Both the position numbers and the translations under genes were made by a program. This document shows positions 35,882-45,544 of a DNA stretch of 64,000 nucleotides, piece by piece. The notes beneath the pieces were generated by a model, which was not told the DNA's origin, made no database searches, and saw only the letters and a list, made by a program, of their open reading frames with translations. The DNA is from Candidatus Saccharimonadales bacterium (GTDB taxonomy: Bacteria > Patescibacteriota > Saccharimonadia > Saccharimonadales > 2-12-FULL-41-12). How positions within the stretch are numbered: position 1 is the first letter of the stretch; each line of letters begins with the position of its first letter. The DNA lies in NCBI GenBank assembly GCA_025451045.1, contig JANWLD010000001.1, positions 197,812-261,811 of the forward strand, given 5' to 3'.

Positions 35882-37698
35882 TATTTATCACTGGTTACTC
35901 TTAGTATTTCCTCTATGCTGGTTTGGCCGCGCAGCGCTTTGATGAAGCCGTCTACCTGCATAGTTACCATGCCCTCAGAGGTAGCTTTTTCTTGTATCTG
36001 TTCACTGGTACCGCTTCCGACAATCAATTTTTGTATCTCTTCACTGTTGGGCAGAACTTCATAAATACCAACACGGCCTTTATAACCGGTATGTCCGCAG
36101 GCTTCACAACCATTTTTATGGGCGCGCCATAATCGAATTATTTTACTTGGTTCAGTCGATAGTTTTTCAGTTGAATCACTACCTTTTTTACCGCTGTTAG
36201 CTTTGCCAATACCACCTTCTAGGGCCAATTTCTCCAGCTCGTGCACTTTTTTCATACCGTCCGCATCTGCCGTAGAAAAGATTTCTCCGATTTCTTTCAG
36301 CTCGACTGAATCCGGCGTATATGACTCTCGGCAATCAACACAAAGCCTGCGTACCAACCGCTGGCCAACTACGGCTCGGACGGTACTGGCAATCAAAAAC
36401 GGTTCAATTGACATGTCCAACAGCCGCGGCAGACAGGTTGCCGCGTTGTTGGTATGAAGAGTGGCAAATACCAAGTGGCCGGTTAATGCCGCTTGCACGC
36501 CCAGTCCGGCTGTTTCGGTATCGCGGATTTCGCCGACCATAATAATGTTAGGGTCTTGGCGCAATAGTGCCCTCAGCCCGGCGGCAAAAGTCATACCGGC
36601 TTTCGGGTTAACCTGAGTCTGGTTGGCTCCGTTTATCTTATATTCAACCGGATCTTCAATCGTAGATATGTTGACCGAAGGCCGGTTCAGCAGACTAAGC
36701 GTACTGAACAAGCTGGTTGACTTGCCTGAACCCGTCGGGCCGGTAACCAATATCATGCCATGGGGTTGGGTAATCGCGCTGTTTATAGTCTTGAGCGAAG
36801 GTCCCCAATAGCCTAGTTCTTCCAGGGTAGCCGGTTTGCTTGATTCGGATAAAATACGCATCACCACCTTTTCACCTTCGGTTATTGGCAGGGTGGAAAC
36901 GCGCAGGGCGAACACGCCGCTGCCGACCTGTATTTTGAACCGGCCGTCCTGCGGCGCTCGCCGTTCGTCGATCTTCAAATTGCTGAGTATCTTTATGCGG
37001 CTGACCAACGGACTAAGGACTTTCTTGGGTAATTTGTTGGCTTCACGCAGCACACCGTCCACCCGGTAACGCACCAGCACATGGTTCTCGCGAGGTTCAA
37101 TGTGGATATCGCTGGCACCTGCTTTGATAGCATATTCAATCACCAGATTAACCGTCTGGGCAATCGGTGAGTCTTCCGCTAAATCTTCCTCGTCTATTTC
37201 CTCGCCAGCCTCTTCGGCCTCGCCTTCCTCGGTGGTCAATACTTTAGTCAGTTCATTGCTAACATTGCCGCGGTATTGGTCTAAAGCGGTTTCGATTTCC
37301 GATGCGCTGGCAATATGGACTTTCAAGTTGGTGCCAAGTTGTTTTTGTAAAAAACTGATGGCCTGGATATCATCGGGGTCTTCCATAGCAATAAGTTTGC
37401 TGCCGTCTTCCTTAACGCCGAACAAAACTACCTTATACTGGCGGGCAACGCGCTCTGGAATCAGCGTTAATACTTCGCGCTTGATTTCTTTGGGGTTAAG
37501 TTCGATAAACGGTACATCTATCTCTTTGGCATACAATTTCGTTAGGTCTTTTTCAGTCACAACGTTATTGGCAATGACTATTTGCTGCAGATTCTGCTTT
37601 TCAGATTTCTCTTGTTCGCGCAGCGGTTTTAATTGGGTTGCGGTGGTCTTTCCCGCGTCAATCAATAGTTTTTCCACCAAAGAATCTGATATACGCAT
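35881..37698 (-). CDS. pilB: type IV pilus assembly ATPase PilB (GspE family)
   Basis: N-terminal MshEN-like domain, Walker A GPTGSGKST, Walker B IIMVGEIRD, and a tetracysteine motif (CVDC...CEAC). Confidence 0.93.
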   Translation of the reverse strand: MRISDSLVEKLLIDAGKTTATQLKPLREQEKSEKQNLQQIVIANNVVTEKDLTKLYAKEIDVPFIELNPKEIKREVLTLIPERVARQYKVVLFGVKEDGSKLIAMEDPDDIQAISFLQKQLGTNLKVHIASASEIETALDQYRGNVSNELTKVLTTEEGEAEEAGEEIDEEDLAEDSPIAQTVNLVIEYAIKAGASDIHIEPRENHVLVRYRVDGVLREANKLPKKVLSPLVSRIKILSNLKIDERRAPQDGRFKIQVGSGVFALRVSTLPITEGEKVVMRILSESSKPATLEELGYWGPSLKTINSAITQPHGMILVTGPTGSGKSTSLFSTLSLLNRPSVNISTIEDPVEYKINGANQTQVNPKAGMTFAAGLRALLRQDPNIIMVGEIRDTETAGLGVQAALTGHLVFATLHTNNAATCLPRLLDMSIEPFLIASTVRAVVGQRLVRRLCVDCRESYTPDSVELKEIGEIFSTADADGMKKVHELEKLALEGGIGKANSGKKGSDSTEKLSTEPSKIIRLWRAHKNGCEACGHTGYKGRVGIYEVLPNSEEIQKLIVGSGTSEQIQEKATSEGMVTMQVDGFIKALRGQTSIEEILRVTSDK

Positions 37699-37791
37699 AT
37701 TTAATCGTTATTATATCAATAAAAACATAAGCGGCTATTTAAGAAAAATTAAAGGATTAAAATGTTATACTAAAAAAATCAAAAAGGAGAG

Positions 37792-38820
37792 TTGAAATTG
37801 GCCGAAACTAAAAAATCAGGTGGGGCAGAGAAAACAGAAAAAGAAGGCAAGACCAAAGCATTGGGACTGGCGCTGGAAACCATAGAAAAACAGTTTGGTA
37901 AAGGTTCGATAATGAAGCTTGGCGACGCGCACAAGACTAACGTGCAAACTGTGCCGACCGGCAGTTTAAGCTTGGATATCGCATTGGGCGGCGGGATACC
38001 CAAAGGGCGTATTATTGAAGTCTACGGCCCGGAAAGCTCTGGAAAAACAACCCTGACGCTTCATGCTATTGCTGAGATTCAAAAACAGGGAGGCACAGCG
38101 GCCTTTATTGATGCCGAGCACGCGCTTGACCCGTCTTACGCCAAGAAATTAGGGGTAGATGTTGAGAACCTGCTAATTTCCCAGCCGGATAACGGTGAAC
38201 AGGCGTTGGAAATCGCCGAAACTTTGGTCCGTTCCAACGCCGTGGATTTAGTAGTTATTGACTCCGTCGCGGCTCTTGTGCCGAGAGCCGAAATAGAGGG
38301 CGATATGGGTGATTCGCACATGGGCTTGCAAGCCCGGCTAATGAGCCAGGCGCTTCGCAAACTGACTGGCGTAATCAACCGTTCGCACACCACGGTAATC
38401 TTTATCAACCAGATACGCATGAAAATCGGCGTGATGTTCGGCAACCCGGAAACTACTACCGGTGGAAACGCTTTAAAATTTTACGCTTCGGTCCGTATGG
38501 ACATACGCCGTATTTCCCAAATAAAACAAGGCGATGAAGTTATTGGTAATCGAACTCGCGTTAAAGTAGTTAAGAACAAGATAGCCCCGCCGTTTAGGCA
38601 AGCGGAATTCGACATTATGTACAACCAAGGCATAAGCAAAAGCGGCGATGTGCTGGATTTGGCAGCCGAGCATGAAATAGTTGAGAAAAACGGCGCCTGG
38701 TTTGCTTATAAAGGCGAGAAAATCGGCCAAGGCCGCGAAGCCGCCAAGCAGGCTCTTGAGCAATCCCCGAAACTGATGGAAGAACTTACCAAAAAAGTCC
38801 GCGAAGCCGCTAAGGAGTAG
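37792..38820 (+). CDS. recA: recombinase RecA
   Basis: [20 protein letters not shown], Walker [19 protein letters not shown]. The start is TTG at 37792 or, more likely, 37798 (8 nt after AGGAG). Confidence 0.97.
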   Translation: MKLAETKKSGGAEKTEKEGKTKALGLALETIEKQFGKGSIMKLGDAHKTNVQTVPTGSLSLDIALGGGIPKGRIIEVYGPESSGKTTLTLHAIAEIQKQGGTAAFIDAEHALDPSYAKKLGVDVENLLISQPDNGEQALEIAETLVRSNAVDLVVIDSVAALVPRAEIEGDMGDSHMGLQARLMSQALRKLTGVINRSHTTVIFINQIRMKIGVMFGNPETTTGGNALKFYASVRMDIRRISQIKQGDEVIGNRTRVKVVKNKIAPPFRQAEFDIMYNQGISKSGDVLDLAAEHEIVEKNGAWFAYKGEKIGQGREAAKQALEQSPKLMEELTKKVREAAKE

Positions 38821-38822
38821 CT

Positions 38823-39344
38823 TTGAGCCATAATGAACCATTGATTCAAATCGTTGATGAGAATGACAAGCCCATAAGCGCCATGTCTATTAAAGAAGCG
38901 CACGAAAAAAGCGCAACTCACCGTATCGTACGAGTTATGGTGGAAAACCCTAAAAACAAAAAAATTTTATTGCAAAAACGTTCAACCCAAATGGATACAT
39001 GGCCTGACTGTTGGGATAATTCTGCTGCCGGACATGTAGACGCTGGCGAAGATTATTTTACGGCAGCAAAACGCGAATTGCGCGAAGAAATTGGCATCCA
39101 AACAGAAAAACTGGAGGAACTAGGGAGCTATTATAGCGAAGATGACAGGGGCGATGGAATTATTGTAAAACGTTTCAATAAAGTCTACAGGCTTTTTAGC
39201 GAAGTAGATAATTTTAATATTGATAAATCAGAAGTTAGCGAAGTACATTGGTTTACGCTGGAGGAAATCAAAAGTTTGCTTAACAATAATGTTTCTGTGG
39301 TTACCGACGGAATGCAGGCCGTTATTAAAAAATATTACTTGTGA
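38823..39344 (+). CDS. NUDIX hydrolase (COG1443/Idi-like subgroup; Ala-Ala where I recall the isomerase Cys)
   Basis: LLQKRSTQMDTWPDCWDNSAAGHVDAGEDYFTAAKRELREEIGI. The Nudix box is present, and the motif reads NSAAGH rather than the Cys-containing form I recall for IPP isomerase. Confidence 0.8.
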   Translation: MSHNEPLIQIVDENDKPISAMSIKEAHEKSATHRIVRVMVENPKNKKILLQKRSTQMDTWPDCWDNSAAGHVDAGEDYFTAAKRELREEIGIQTEKLEELGSYYSEDDRGDGIIVKRFNKVYRLFSEVDNFNIDKSEVSEVHWFTLEEIKSLLNNNVSVVTDGMQAVIKKYYL

Positions 39345-39799
39345 CAGCGACGAACCATGCTTTGTCCGGGGCTGTAATCGGGCTTGCTATTACGCAGCCG
39401 GCTATTGCGCTGCCGTTGGCTTTTGCTTCGCATTTTGTTTTAGACGCCGTACCGCATTTTGGCATAGGTTTTTCTAAAAGCGAACAAAATCGGCGTCTTT
39501 TTCATCGCTATTTGCTGGTAGACGCAAGCCTACTTCTCTTAATAATATTGTACTTGTACTTTGCCGGAGCCGGCTGGCTGGTATTCGCTTGCCTGTTTTT
39601 GGCCGGTTGCCCGGACTTTTACCAAGCCTATAATTATCTTTTTAATAAAAAGTTTCGAGCTACCGGCGGCGGCATCTGGAATAATAAGTTTGCTAGATTT
39701 CACAAGGACATACAACGTGGCAAAGAGTCTATAAAAGGAATTTTTATAGAAGTACCGCTGGCTATAATTTTTACAGCAGCCATAACCTATCTCTTATGA
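39341..39799 (+). CDS. membrane protein, possibly DUF457/YdjM-like
   Basis: 152 aa, MTATNHALSG...SHFVLDAVPHFG plus hydrophobic helices; GTGA overlap with the Nudix gene. The family call is weak. Confidence 0.55.
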   Translation: MTATNHALSGAVIGLAITQPAIALPLAFASHFVLDAVPHFGIGFSKSEQNRRLFHRYLLVDASLLLLIILYLYFAGAGWLVFACLFLAGCPDFYQAYNYLFNKKFRATGGGIWNNKFARFHKDIQRGKESIKGIFIEVPLAIIFTAAITYLL

Positions 39800-39850
39800 A
39801 CCCTGTAGTAGATCCTTGATAGCCAAAATATCCTGTAGATATTTTGTTAT

Positions 39851-39874
39851 ACAATTATGCCCAGGCATAATTGT
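39851..39874. promoter_or_regulatory. 24-bp perfect palindrome upstream of recX (operator or hairpin)
   Basis: ACAATTATGCC-CA-GGCATAATTGT with 11-bp arms. Confidence 0.35.
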
Positions 39875-39894
39875 AATCAAGGGCTCACTACGGG

Positions 39895-40500
39895 GTGAAA
39901 ATTACCGATATAAAGCAACAGGTTAAACGTAAGGACCGTTATTCAATATTTATTGACGGTAAATACAGCTTTGCTTTAAGTGAAAGCGGACTTTTGAACT
40001 CAGGCCTTGCCATAGGCCAGGAGTTTTCTAAACAAGAACTTGAACGGCTGGAAAAAGTATCCGTCGAAGATAAGGCAGTTTACCGGGCGCTGGATTTGAT
40101 TGCCCGCCGGCCGAGGAGCGAAGGCGAGTTGCGGGACTATTTAAAGCGGAAAAAATATACGGACGAAGAGATTGTAAAAATACTTAACACGTTAAGTATA
40201 AAAGGCTATATCAATGACAAAGACTTTGCGCGGCGCTGGGTGGAAAGCCGCCGGCTGCTAAAACCTATCAGTATTAGGCGCTTAAGGTTGGAGTTAAGGC
40301 AAAAACGCGTCGCCGACGAAATAGTCAATGAAGCTTTAGAAAGCGACGAGACTAATGAGCCGGAAGTGCTCAAAGAATTAATCGAAAAAAAGCAAAAACA
40401 AACGAGGTATCGGGATAAACAAAAACTGACGCAGTTTTTATTGCGCCAAGGCTTTAACTATTCGGATATAAAATTAGCGTTGGAAGAAGCGGGTATCTAA
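39895..40500 (+). CDS. recX: recombination regulator RecX
   Basis: GTG start. Repeated three-helix pattern (ALDLIARRPRSEGELRDYLKRK..., LNTLSIKGYINDKDFARRWVESR) is typical of RecX. Confidence 0.88.
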   Translation: MKITDIKQQVKRKDRYSIFIDGKYSFALSESGLLNSGLAIGQEFSKQELERLEKVSVEDKAVYRALDLIARRPRSEGELRDYLKRKKYTDEEIVKILNTLSIKGYINDKDFARRWVESRRLLKPISIRRLRLELRQKRVADEIVNEALESDETNEPEVLKELIEKKQKQTRYRDKQKLTQFLLRQGFNYSDIKLALEEAGI

Positions 40501-41024
40501 GAATTTGCCGGGCTAGTCGCGGCTACGGTTTCGCCCGCTTTCTCAAGCGCATCCTCGATGATAATCCGATTATTGGTAATTTCCACTATTTGGGTACGGT
40601 CAATGCTGACATTTCCTCCGGACAGGCTTTTTATTATCGATTGGCCGGCATAGACTTTTTTAACCAGCAGACTTTCAGTTTCGACCGCGAAGTCTATGAC
40701 CTTTCCATATTTTTTACCGCTTTGGCTGATTACTTGTTTGCCAATTAGTTCAAAACCGATGTTTAGCACGGATTTTAAGCGCACAAGTTCCTCGGTTTCA
40801 GCCAAAACTTCGTGGTCATTGATGATTATGCCTTGGGCGGCTATATCGCGCACCTCGGCGCTTACCAGCACCATTTTCTTGCCGCTAAACCGATCCAGGA
40901 CATACCAACCTTCCACCTTTAGGTTGTTGGGATTGATAATCATAGTTGTGGCCGTCCCTACCGACCCGCCGGTGCGCAGGGACATCACTTGTGTGTTTAA
41001 AAGCGCATTGCTAAGCTTCAACAT
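40497..41024 (-). CDS. PRC-barrel domain protein (two repeats)
   Basis: LLNTQVMSLRTGGSVG...NLKVEGWYV, and a second repeat LIGKQVISQSGKKYGKVIDF. Confidence 0.75.
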   Translation of the reverse strand: MLKLSNALLNTQVMSLRTGGSVGTATTMIINPNNLKVEGWYVLDRFSGKKMVLVSAEVRDIAAQGIIINDHEVLAETEELVRLKSVLNIGFELIGKQVISQSGKKYGKVIDFAVETESLLVKKVYAGQSIIKSLSGGNVSIDRTQIVEITNNRIIIEDALEKAGETVAATSPANS

Positions 41025-41086
41025 ATCATTTTTAGTATACTTTATTGCTTATGCCTGCCCGAAACCTCTGTTTTATAATTATTACT

Positions 41087-41530
41087 ATGAATCAACTTAA
41101 GGTCACCTGTCCAAACGAAACTTCAACCATGAAAGTCGCCGAAAAGTTAGCCGGCCAACTTGCTAGTGGAGAATTAGTAGAGCTTGCTGGCGATGTCGGT
41201 TCGGGTAAAACCACGTTTGTTAAAGGGCTGGCCAAAGGCCTTGACAGTAATGACCGGGTTTCCAGCCCGTCTTTCGCATTAAAGAATATATATCATGGCC
41301 GTTTAAAGCTTTATCATTTTGACCTTTACCGTTTGAATGAAGCTGGGCTTATGGATCATGAAATAAAAGATTCGCTGGATGACAAAGACGCCGTTTCCGT
41401 CATCGAATGGGCTGGCGTAAGTTCCAATGTACTGCCAAAAACCAGGATAACCGTTAATTTCGAAATCATCGGCGAAAATTCAAGACAGCTGACTATCACA
41501 ATGCCTGATTTTAAGGAGCCGGAAAAATGA
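41087..41530 (+). CDS. tsaE: tRNA t6A37 biosynthesis ATPase TsaE
   Basis: GDVGSGKTTFVKGLAKGL, SPSFAL, HFDLYRL. ATG at 41087 fits the family N-terminus (the track start 41045 is probably too early). Confidence 0.88.
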   Translation: MNQLKVTCPNETSTMKVAEKLAGQLASGELVELAGDVGSGKTTFVKGLAKGLDSNDRVSSPSFALKNIYHGRLKLYHFDLYRLNEAGLMDHEIKDSLDDKDAVSVIEWAGVSSNVLPKTRITVNFEIIGENSRQLTITMPDFKEPEK

Positions 41531-41916
41531 TTCTAACGATCAAGACCGATCAGCCGGAAGCCGAGCTTGGGCTGTACCAAGGCAACAAGAAAGAGTCATA
41601 CCTAAAATGGCAGGCTGGCAGGAACCTGTCACTGGACATTCATGAAAAAATAGACGGACTTTTTAAAAAACAAAGCATCGGCCTTTCCGATTTAAAAGGA
41701 GTAGTACTTTATAAGGGCCCCGGTAGTTTCACAGGACTAAGAATCGGCGCGTCTGTCGCCAACGCCATAGCTTACGAGCTTGATATACCGCTTGCCGGCG
41801 CAAATGGTAAAGACTGGATAAAAACAGGCATAGAACTTTTGAAAAAAGAACCGGCCCGGCGTATTGCTAAGTTGGAATACGGCGCCGCACCTAAGACCAC
41901 GAAACCGAAAAAATAA
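41527..41916 (+). CDS. tsaB: tRNA t6A37 biosynthesis protein TsaB (short, N-terminal half only)
   Basis: GPGSFTGLRIGASVANAIAYELDIPL motif; 129 aa; ATGA overlap with tsaE. Confidence 0.8.
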   Translation: MILTIKTDQPEAELGLYQGNKKESYLKWQAGRNLSLDIHEKIDGLFKKQSIGLSDLKGVVLYKGPGSFTGLRIGASVANAIAYELDIPLAGANGKDWIKTGIELLKKEPARRIAKLEYGAAPKTTKPKK

Positions 41917-42133
41917 TTGCGTCCAACCTTGACTTAGCAGTATAATAATTACTGTAGGATTGTTGTCAATTGACAGTTTTCCACTTGCAGACTTAAAGAT
42001 AACTTCTAATAATCGACTTGAAGCAGTTTTGGGGAGTATTCGCTAAAAAGTTATTCGTCTAATGAAGTGATAGTGACGGCGATAACCCGCGAAGTATTAT
42101 TTCTCATCTGATAGCGATAGAAAGGATTAAACT

Positions 42134-43648
42134 ATGGATCCAATAACTATAGTATTGGCTCTTGCTGGTATTGGCATCGGTTTCGGTGCTTCTACGGCAG
42201 TAAACAAACAAAGGTTAAGCAATGCGGATGAGAACGCCCAGAAGGAGCTAAAAAAAGCGAAACAGGAGGCTGAAAAACTGGTGTCCAAAGCCAAGGAAGA
42301 AGCTTTGGAACTGGCAGAAAGCTCGCGCAAAGAAGACCAGGCCCGCCGCAAGGAGTTCAAAGATATTGAAAAACGTCTTTTGGACCGTGAAGAAGCGCTA
42401 GACAAAAAGCTGGACAACCTGGATAAACGTTCCGAGGCTTTGCGCAAAGGCGAGACCGAAGTTGAAGAACTGAAAAACGAAATCCGCGACATCAGGAAAA
42501 AACAGCAGGATAAGCTGGAAAAAATTGCCAAGCTAACCAAGGCCGAGGCGGCCGATAAACTGATGGCGATGACCGAACGCGATATCAAAAATGACCTCAA
42601 AGGCCTAATTGTCAAACTGCAAAATGATGCCCGTGATTTGGCCGAGGAAAAGGCCGGAACAATCCTTATTCAAACCATGGAACGGATGGCCAGCGAAGTA
42701 ACAGCCGAACGTACCGTAACTGCCGTCAAGCTGGAAGATGAAGAAATGAAAGGCCGCATCATCGGCAAGGAAGGCCGCAATATCCAATCCCTACAGCGGG
42801 CCACCGGCGTTGATATCATGGTTGATGATACTCCGGGAATGATTATCCTTAGCTCGTTCGATCCTGTACGGCGTGAAGTCGCCCGGGTGACGCTTGAGAT
42901 GTTGCTAAAAGATGGCCGGGTGCATCCCGGACGGATCGAAGAAGTAATTGAAAAAGCCCAAAAACAGGTGCAAAAGGACGTAATGCGCGCCGGAGAGGAT
43001 GCTGCCCGCGAGGTAGGTATCATCGGTATTCCCAAAGAAATCTTGCAGTATCTTGGCGAGCTAAAATTCAGAACTAGTTATGGCCAGAATGTGCTTAAGC
43101 ACAGTACCGAAATGGCACACATGGCCGGTGTGTTGGCTGAGCAGATAGGTGCCGATGTAAAAACTGCCAAATACGCTGCTCTCATCCATGATATGGGCAA
43201 AGCACTGACACACAAGATAGAGGGCAAGCATCATCATATTACCGGAGAGATTGCGCGGAAATATGGCGTTGATGAAGCGGTCGCACATGCCGCAGAAGCC
43301 CATCATGACGATATGGAAGCGACTACTCCGGAGGCATTAGTCGTGCGGGTAGTTGACGCTGTCAGCGCTGCCCGGCCGGGCGCGCGCAACATCAGCGCGG
43401 AGAATTTTTCTGAAAGGATGAAAGATCTTGAAAACGTAGCGACCGGGTTCAAGGGCGTGGAGAAGGCTTACGCTATCAGCGCCGGCCGGGAAGTCCGCGT
43501 ATTTGTAAAGCCGGTTGACTTGGATGATTTAGGCGCTATCAAACTGGCCCGCGACGTGGCTAACAAGATTGAATCGACTATGCAGTATCCGGGAACAATA
43601 AAAGTCAATGTGATAAGAGAGACAAGAGCGATTGAGTTTGCGAAGTAA
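42134..43648 (+). CDS. rny: ribonuclease Y
   Basis: N-terminal TM, K/E-rich coiled coil, KH domain ([18 protein letters not shown]), HD domain (HDMGKA...HH). Confidence 0.96.
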   Translation: MDPITIVLALAGIGIGFGASTAVNKQRLSNADENAQKELKKAKQEAEKLVSKAKEEALELAESSRKEDQARRKEFKDIEKRLLDREEALDKKLDNLDKRSEALRKGETEVEELKNEIRDIRKKQQDKLEKIAKLTKAEAADKLMAMTERDIKNDLKGLIVKLQNDARDLAEEKAGTILIQTMERMASEVTAERTVTAVKLEDEEMKGRIIGKEGRNIQSLQRATGVDIMVDDTPGMIILSSFDPVRREVARVTLEMLLKDGRVHPGRIEEVIEKAQKQVQKDVMRAGEDAAREVGIIGIPKEILQYLGELKFRTSYGQNVLKHSTEMAHMAGVLAEQIGADVKTAKYAALIHDMGKALTHKIEGKHHHITGEIARKYGVDEAVAHAAEAHHDDMEATTPEALVVRVVDAVSAARPGARNISAENFSERMKDLENVATGFKGVEKAYAISAGREVRVFVKPVDLDDLGAIKLARDVANKIESTMQYPGTIKVNVIRETRAIEFAK

Positions 43649-44214
43649 TGAAGTTTTTGATTCTTCACGGTACCGGGTCGGATAGCAAAGGTAACTGGTT
43701 TCCCTGGTTGAAAGGCGAATTGGAAAAACTGGGCCATGAGGTCTGGACTCCCGATTTACCGGATTCCCAAAGGCCGAATATACAGAAGTATAATGATTTC
43801 TTATTAAATAATGGTTGGGACTTTAATGATTGCGTTATTATCGGCCATTCTTCTGGTTCGGTGGCAATACTAGGCTTGCTTCAAGCGCTTCCCCAAAACG
43901 TAAAAGTTAACGCCGCGGTTTTAGCCGGAGCTTTTACTAAACGTTTGAGCGAAAGTCCAAGCTGGGAAATGCTCAGCGAACTTTTTGATAAGCCGTTTGA
44001 TTTCAAGTTAATCAAACAAAAAGCGGGTAAACTAATCTTTGTTCATTCCAAAGACGACCCAATTTGCGACATCAATGAAGCTAGAGAACTTTGTCAGCAA
44101 CTTGGCGGCGAGATGATAGAGTTTGATGGAATGAAACATTTTTCCGTAAGAACCGACTCTCGGTTTACTAAGTTCCCCGAACTACTTCAAATTATCCAAG
44201 ACAAAGTTTTATAA
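43648..44214 (+). CDS. alpha/beta serine hydrolase, RBBP9/YdeN-like
   Basis: [21 protein letters not shown] and a nucleophile elbow GHSSGS; TAATG overlap with rny. Confidence 0.8.
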   Translation: MKFLILHGTGSDSKGNWFPWLKGELEKLGHEVWTPDLPDSQRPNIQKYNDFLLNNGWDFNDCVIIGHSSGSVAILGLLQALPQNVKVNAAVLAGAFTKRLSESPSWEMLSELFDKPFDFKLIKQKAGKLIFVHSKDDPICDINEARELCQQLGGEMIEFDGMKHFSVRTDSRFTKFPELLQIIQDKVL

Positions 44215-44258
44215 ACGACCCTTATCTGTTAGAATAACCTCTGTTTAGTATAAATTTT

Positions 44259-44335
44259 CGGGGATTGGCGCAGTTGGCTAGCGCGCGCGGTTTGGGACCG
44301 CGAGGTCGCCGGTTCGAGTCCGGCATCCCCGACCA
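44259..44335 (+). tRNA. tRNA-Pro (TGG)
   Basis: Acceptor CGGGGAT/ATCCCCG, anticodon arm CGCGG-TTTGGGA-CCGCG, T arm GCCGG-TTCGAGT-CCGGC, encoded CCA. Confidence 0.95.
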
Positions 44336-44336
44336 C

Positions 44337-44370
44337 AAAATAAGTCTAGGCTGAAACCTAGACTTATTTT
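44337..44370 (+). terminator. intrinsic terminator after tRNA-Pro
   Basis: AAAATAAGTCTAGG-ctgaaa-CCTAGACTTATTTT. Confidence 0.8.
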
Positions 44371-44444
44371 ATTATGTTATTCTTATGCTAATCTTTTATT
44401 AATTTAATGATTTTTTAACCCAAACGAGCAATAATTGAACAATA

Positions 44445-45131
44445 ATGAAGTTGTTGATAGCAGAAGACGACTCTGATATCGTACTGGTTCTTTATCGTGC
44501 ATTGAGAGCTAATTATTTGGTTGATACTACCAGTAGCGTATCGGGCGCGTTAAAAAAACTGGATGACAATGAATACGATGCTATTATCCTAGATCTTAAC
44601 CTTACAAATGATACGGGTTTGACAATTTGTGAGAAAATCCGCGGCCAAGGCAGGCATACGCCGATAATAGTCTTAAGCGGCTGCGCCGATGTGCTGGACA
44701 AGGTCAAGCTGCTAGATAGCGGAGCAAACGATTATATGACAAAGCCTTTTGACATTGAGGAGCTAAACGCCAGGCTGCGCGTGCTACTTCGCCAGCCAGC
44801 CTCCGCGTCTGCGGCTCGTGACAGAATAGCCATCGGCGATTTGATTTTAGACAGTGTCAGGTATCAAGTAGAACGTGATGGCAAAAATATCGAACTGCGC
44901 AAAAAAGAATTCGCGGTACTTGAATGCCTGATGAAAAACGCCGGCAGAGTAGTCAGCCGCGGCTCACTTCTTAATTACGCTTGGGATGAGCAGGATTTTA
45001 ATGCTACCAACACAGTCGATGTCCACATCAAATATCTGCGGGATAAAATTGACAGGCCATATAACAGCGGATTGATAAAAACCATCCATGGAATCGGCTA
45101 TAAAATCGATATACCCAAACCTATCAGTTAA
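44445..45131 (+). CDS. OmpR-family response regulator (receiver plus winged helix); no histidine kinase gene adjacent
   Basis: LIAEDD, phospho-acceptor in ILDLNL, VLSG, KPF; C-terminal trans_reg_C pattern (VDVHIKYLRDKID...IHGIGYK). Confidence 0.9.
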   Translation: MKLLIAEDDSDIVLVLYRALRANYLVDTTSSVSGALKKLDDNEYDAIILDLNLTNDTGLTICEKIRGQGRHTPIIVLSGCADVLDKVKLLDSGANDYMTKPFDIEELNARLRVLLRQPASASAARDRIAIGDLILDSVRYQVERDGKNIELRKKEFAVLECLMKNAGRVVSRGSLLNYAWDEQDFNATNTVDVHIKYLRDKIDRPYNSGLIKTIHGIGYKIDIPKPIS

Positions 45132-45175
45132 TAGTCTTTTGTTAGAACACCATAGGTGTTGGTACAATAATTATT

Positions 45176-45544
45176 ATGCTTTTGTCCTCTTTTCTTAGTT
45201 GGTGGTATCTTTCCGGTTGGGGATGGCTGGCAAAAGATATAAAAAACCGGCTGCGGGCAATTAATGAAACGTTTTCGGTGAGTATACTGCTAAGGACCTT
45301 GTTTTCTCCCTGGAAACAAATACGTACGCCAGCATCTTTTCATAATTTCTTTCAAGCAGCGATAGACAACCTAGTCTCAAGGTTTATAGGCGCGATAGTA
45401 CGTATCGGCATGCTGCTGTCAGCCCTAGTATGCCTGATTTTTGTGGCCGGAATCGGCCTGGTATTTATGATATTTTGGCCGGTTATTCCGCTGATGTTAA
45501 TCATTTTCCCGATACTTTCAATAACCGGAACGGAACTTTGGTAA
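45176..45544 (+). CDS. small polytopic membrane protein
   Basis: 122 aa, Trp-rich N-terminus, 2-3 TM helices. Its stop overlaps the start of the Clp-like gene (TAATG). Confidence 0.6.
   Translation: MLLSSFLSWWYLSGWGWLAKDIKNRLRAINETFSVSILLRTLFSPWKQIRTPASFHNFFQAAIDNLVSRFIGAIVRIGMLLSALVCLIFVAGIGLVFMIFWPVIPLMLIIFPILSITGTELW

Noticed and set aside
37100-37795. 231-aa plus-strand ORF
   Set aside because: It is entirely antisense to the well-supported pilB gene. The product is Ser-rich low-complexity sequence with no start signals, which is typical of a shadow ORF opposite an E/K-rich gene.
41937-41952. TTGACT followed 6 nt later by TATAAT as a promoter upstream of rny
   Set aside because: The hexamer spacing is far too short for sigma70. 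An upstream TTGCGT with an 18-nt spacer is the more plausible -35 for the same TATAAT.
42127-42615. 162-aa minus-strand Ser/Leu/Phe-rich ORF
   Set aside because: It is antisense to the K/E-rich coiled-coil region of rny. Complemented GAA/AAG codon runs give TTC/CTT strings, so it is a compositional artefact.
45430-45543. 38-codon upstream extension of the Clp-like ORF (track start 45430)
   Set aside because: It would overlap the preceding membrane-protein gene by 115 nt in another frame. The ATG at 45544 forms a TAATG stop-start junction.
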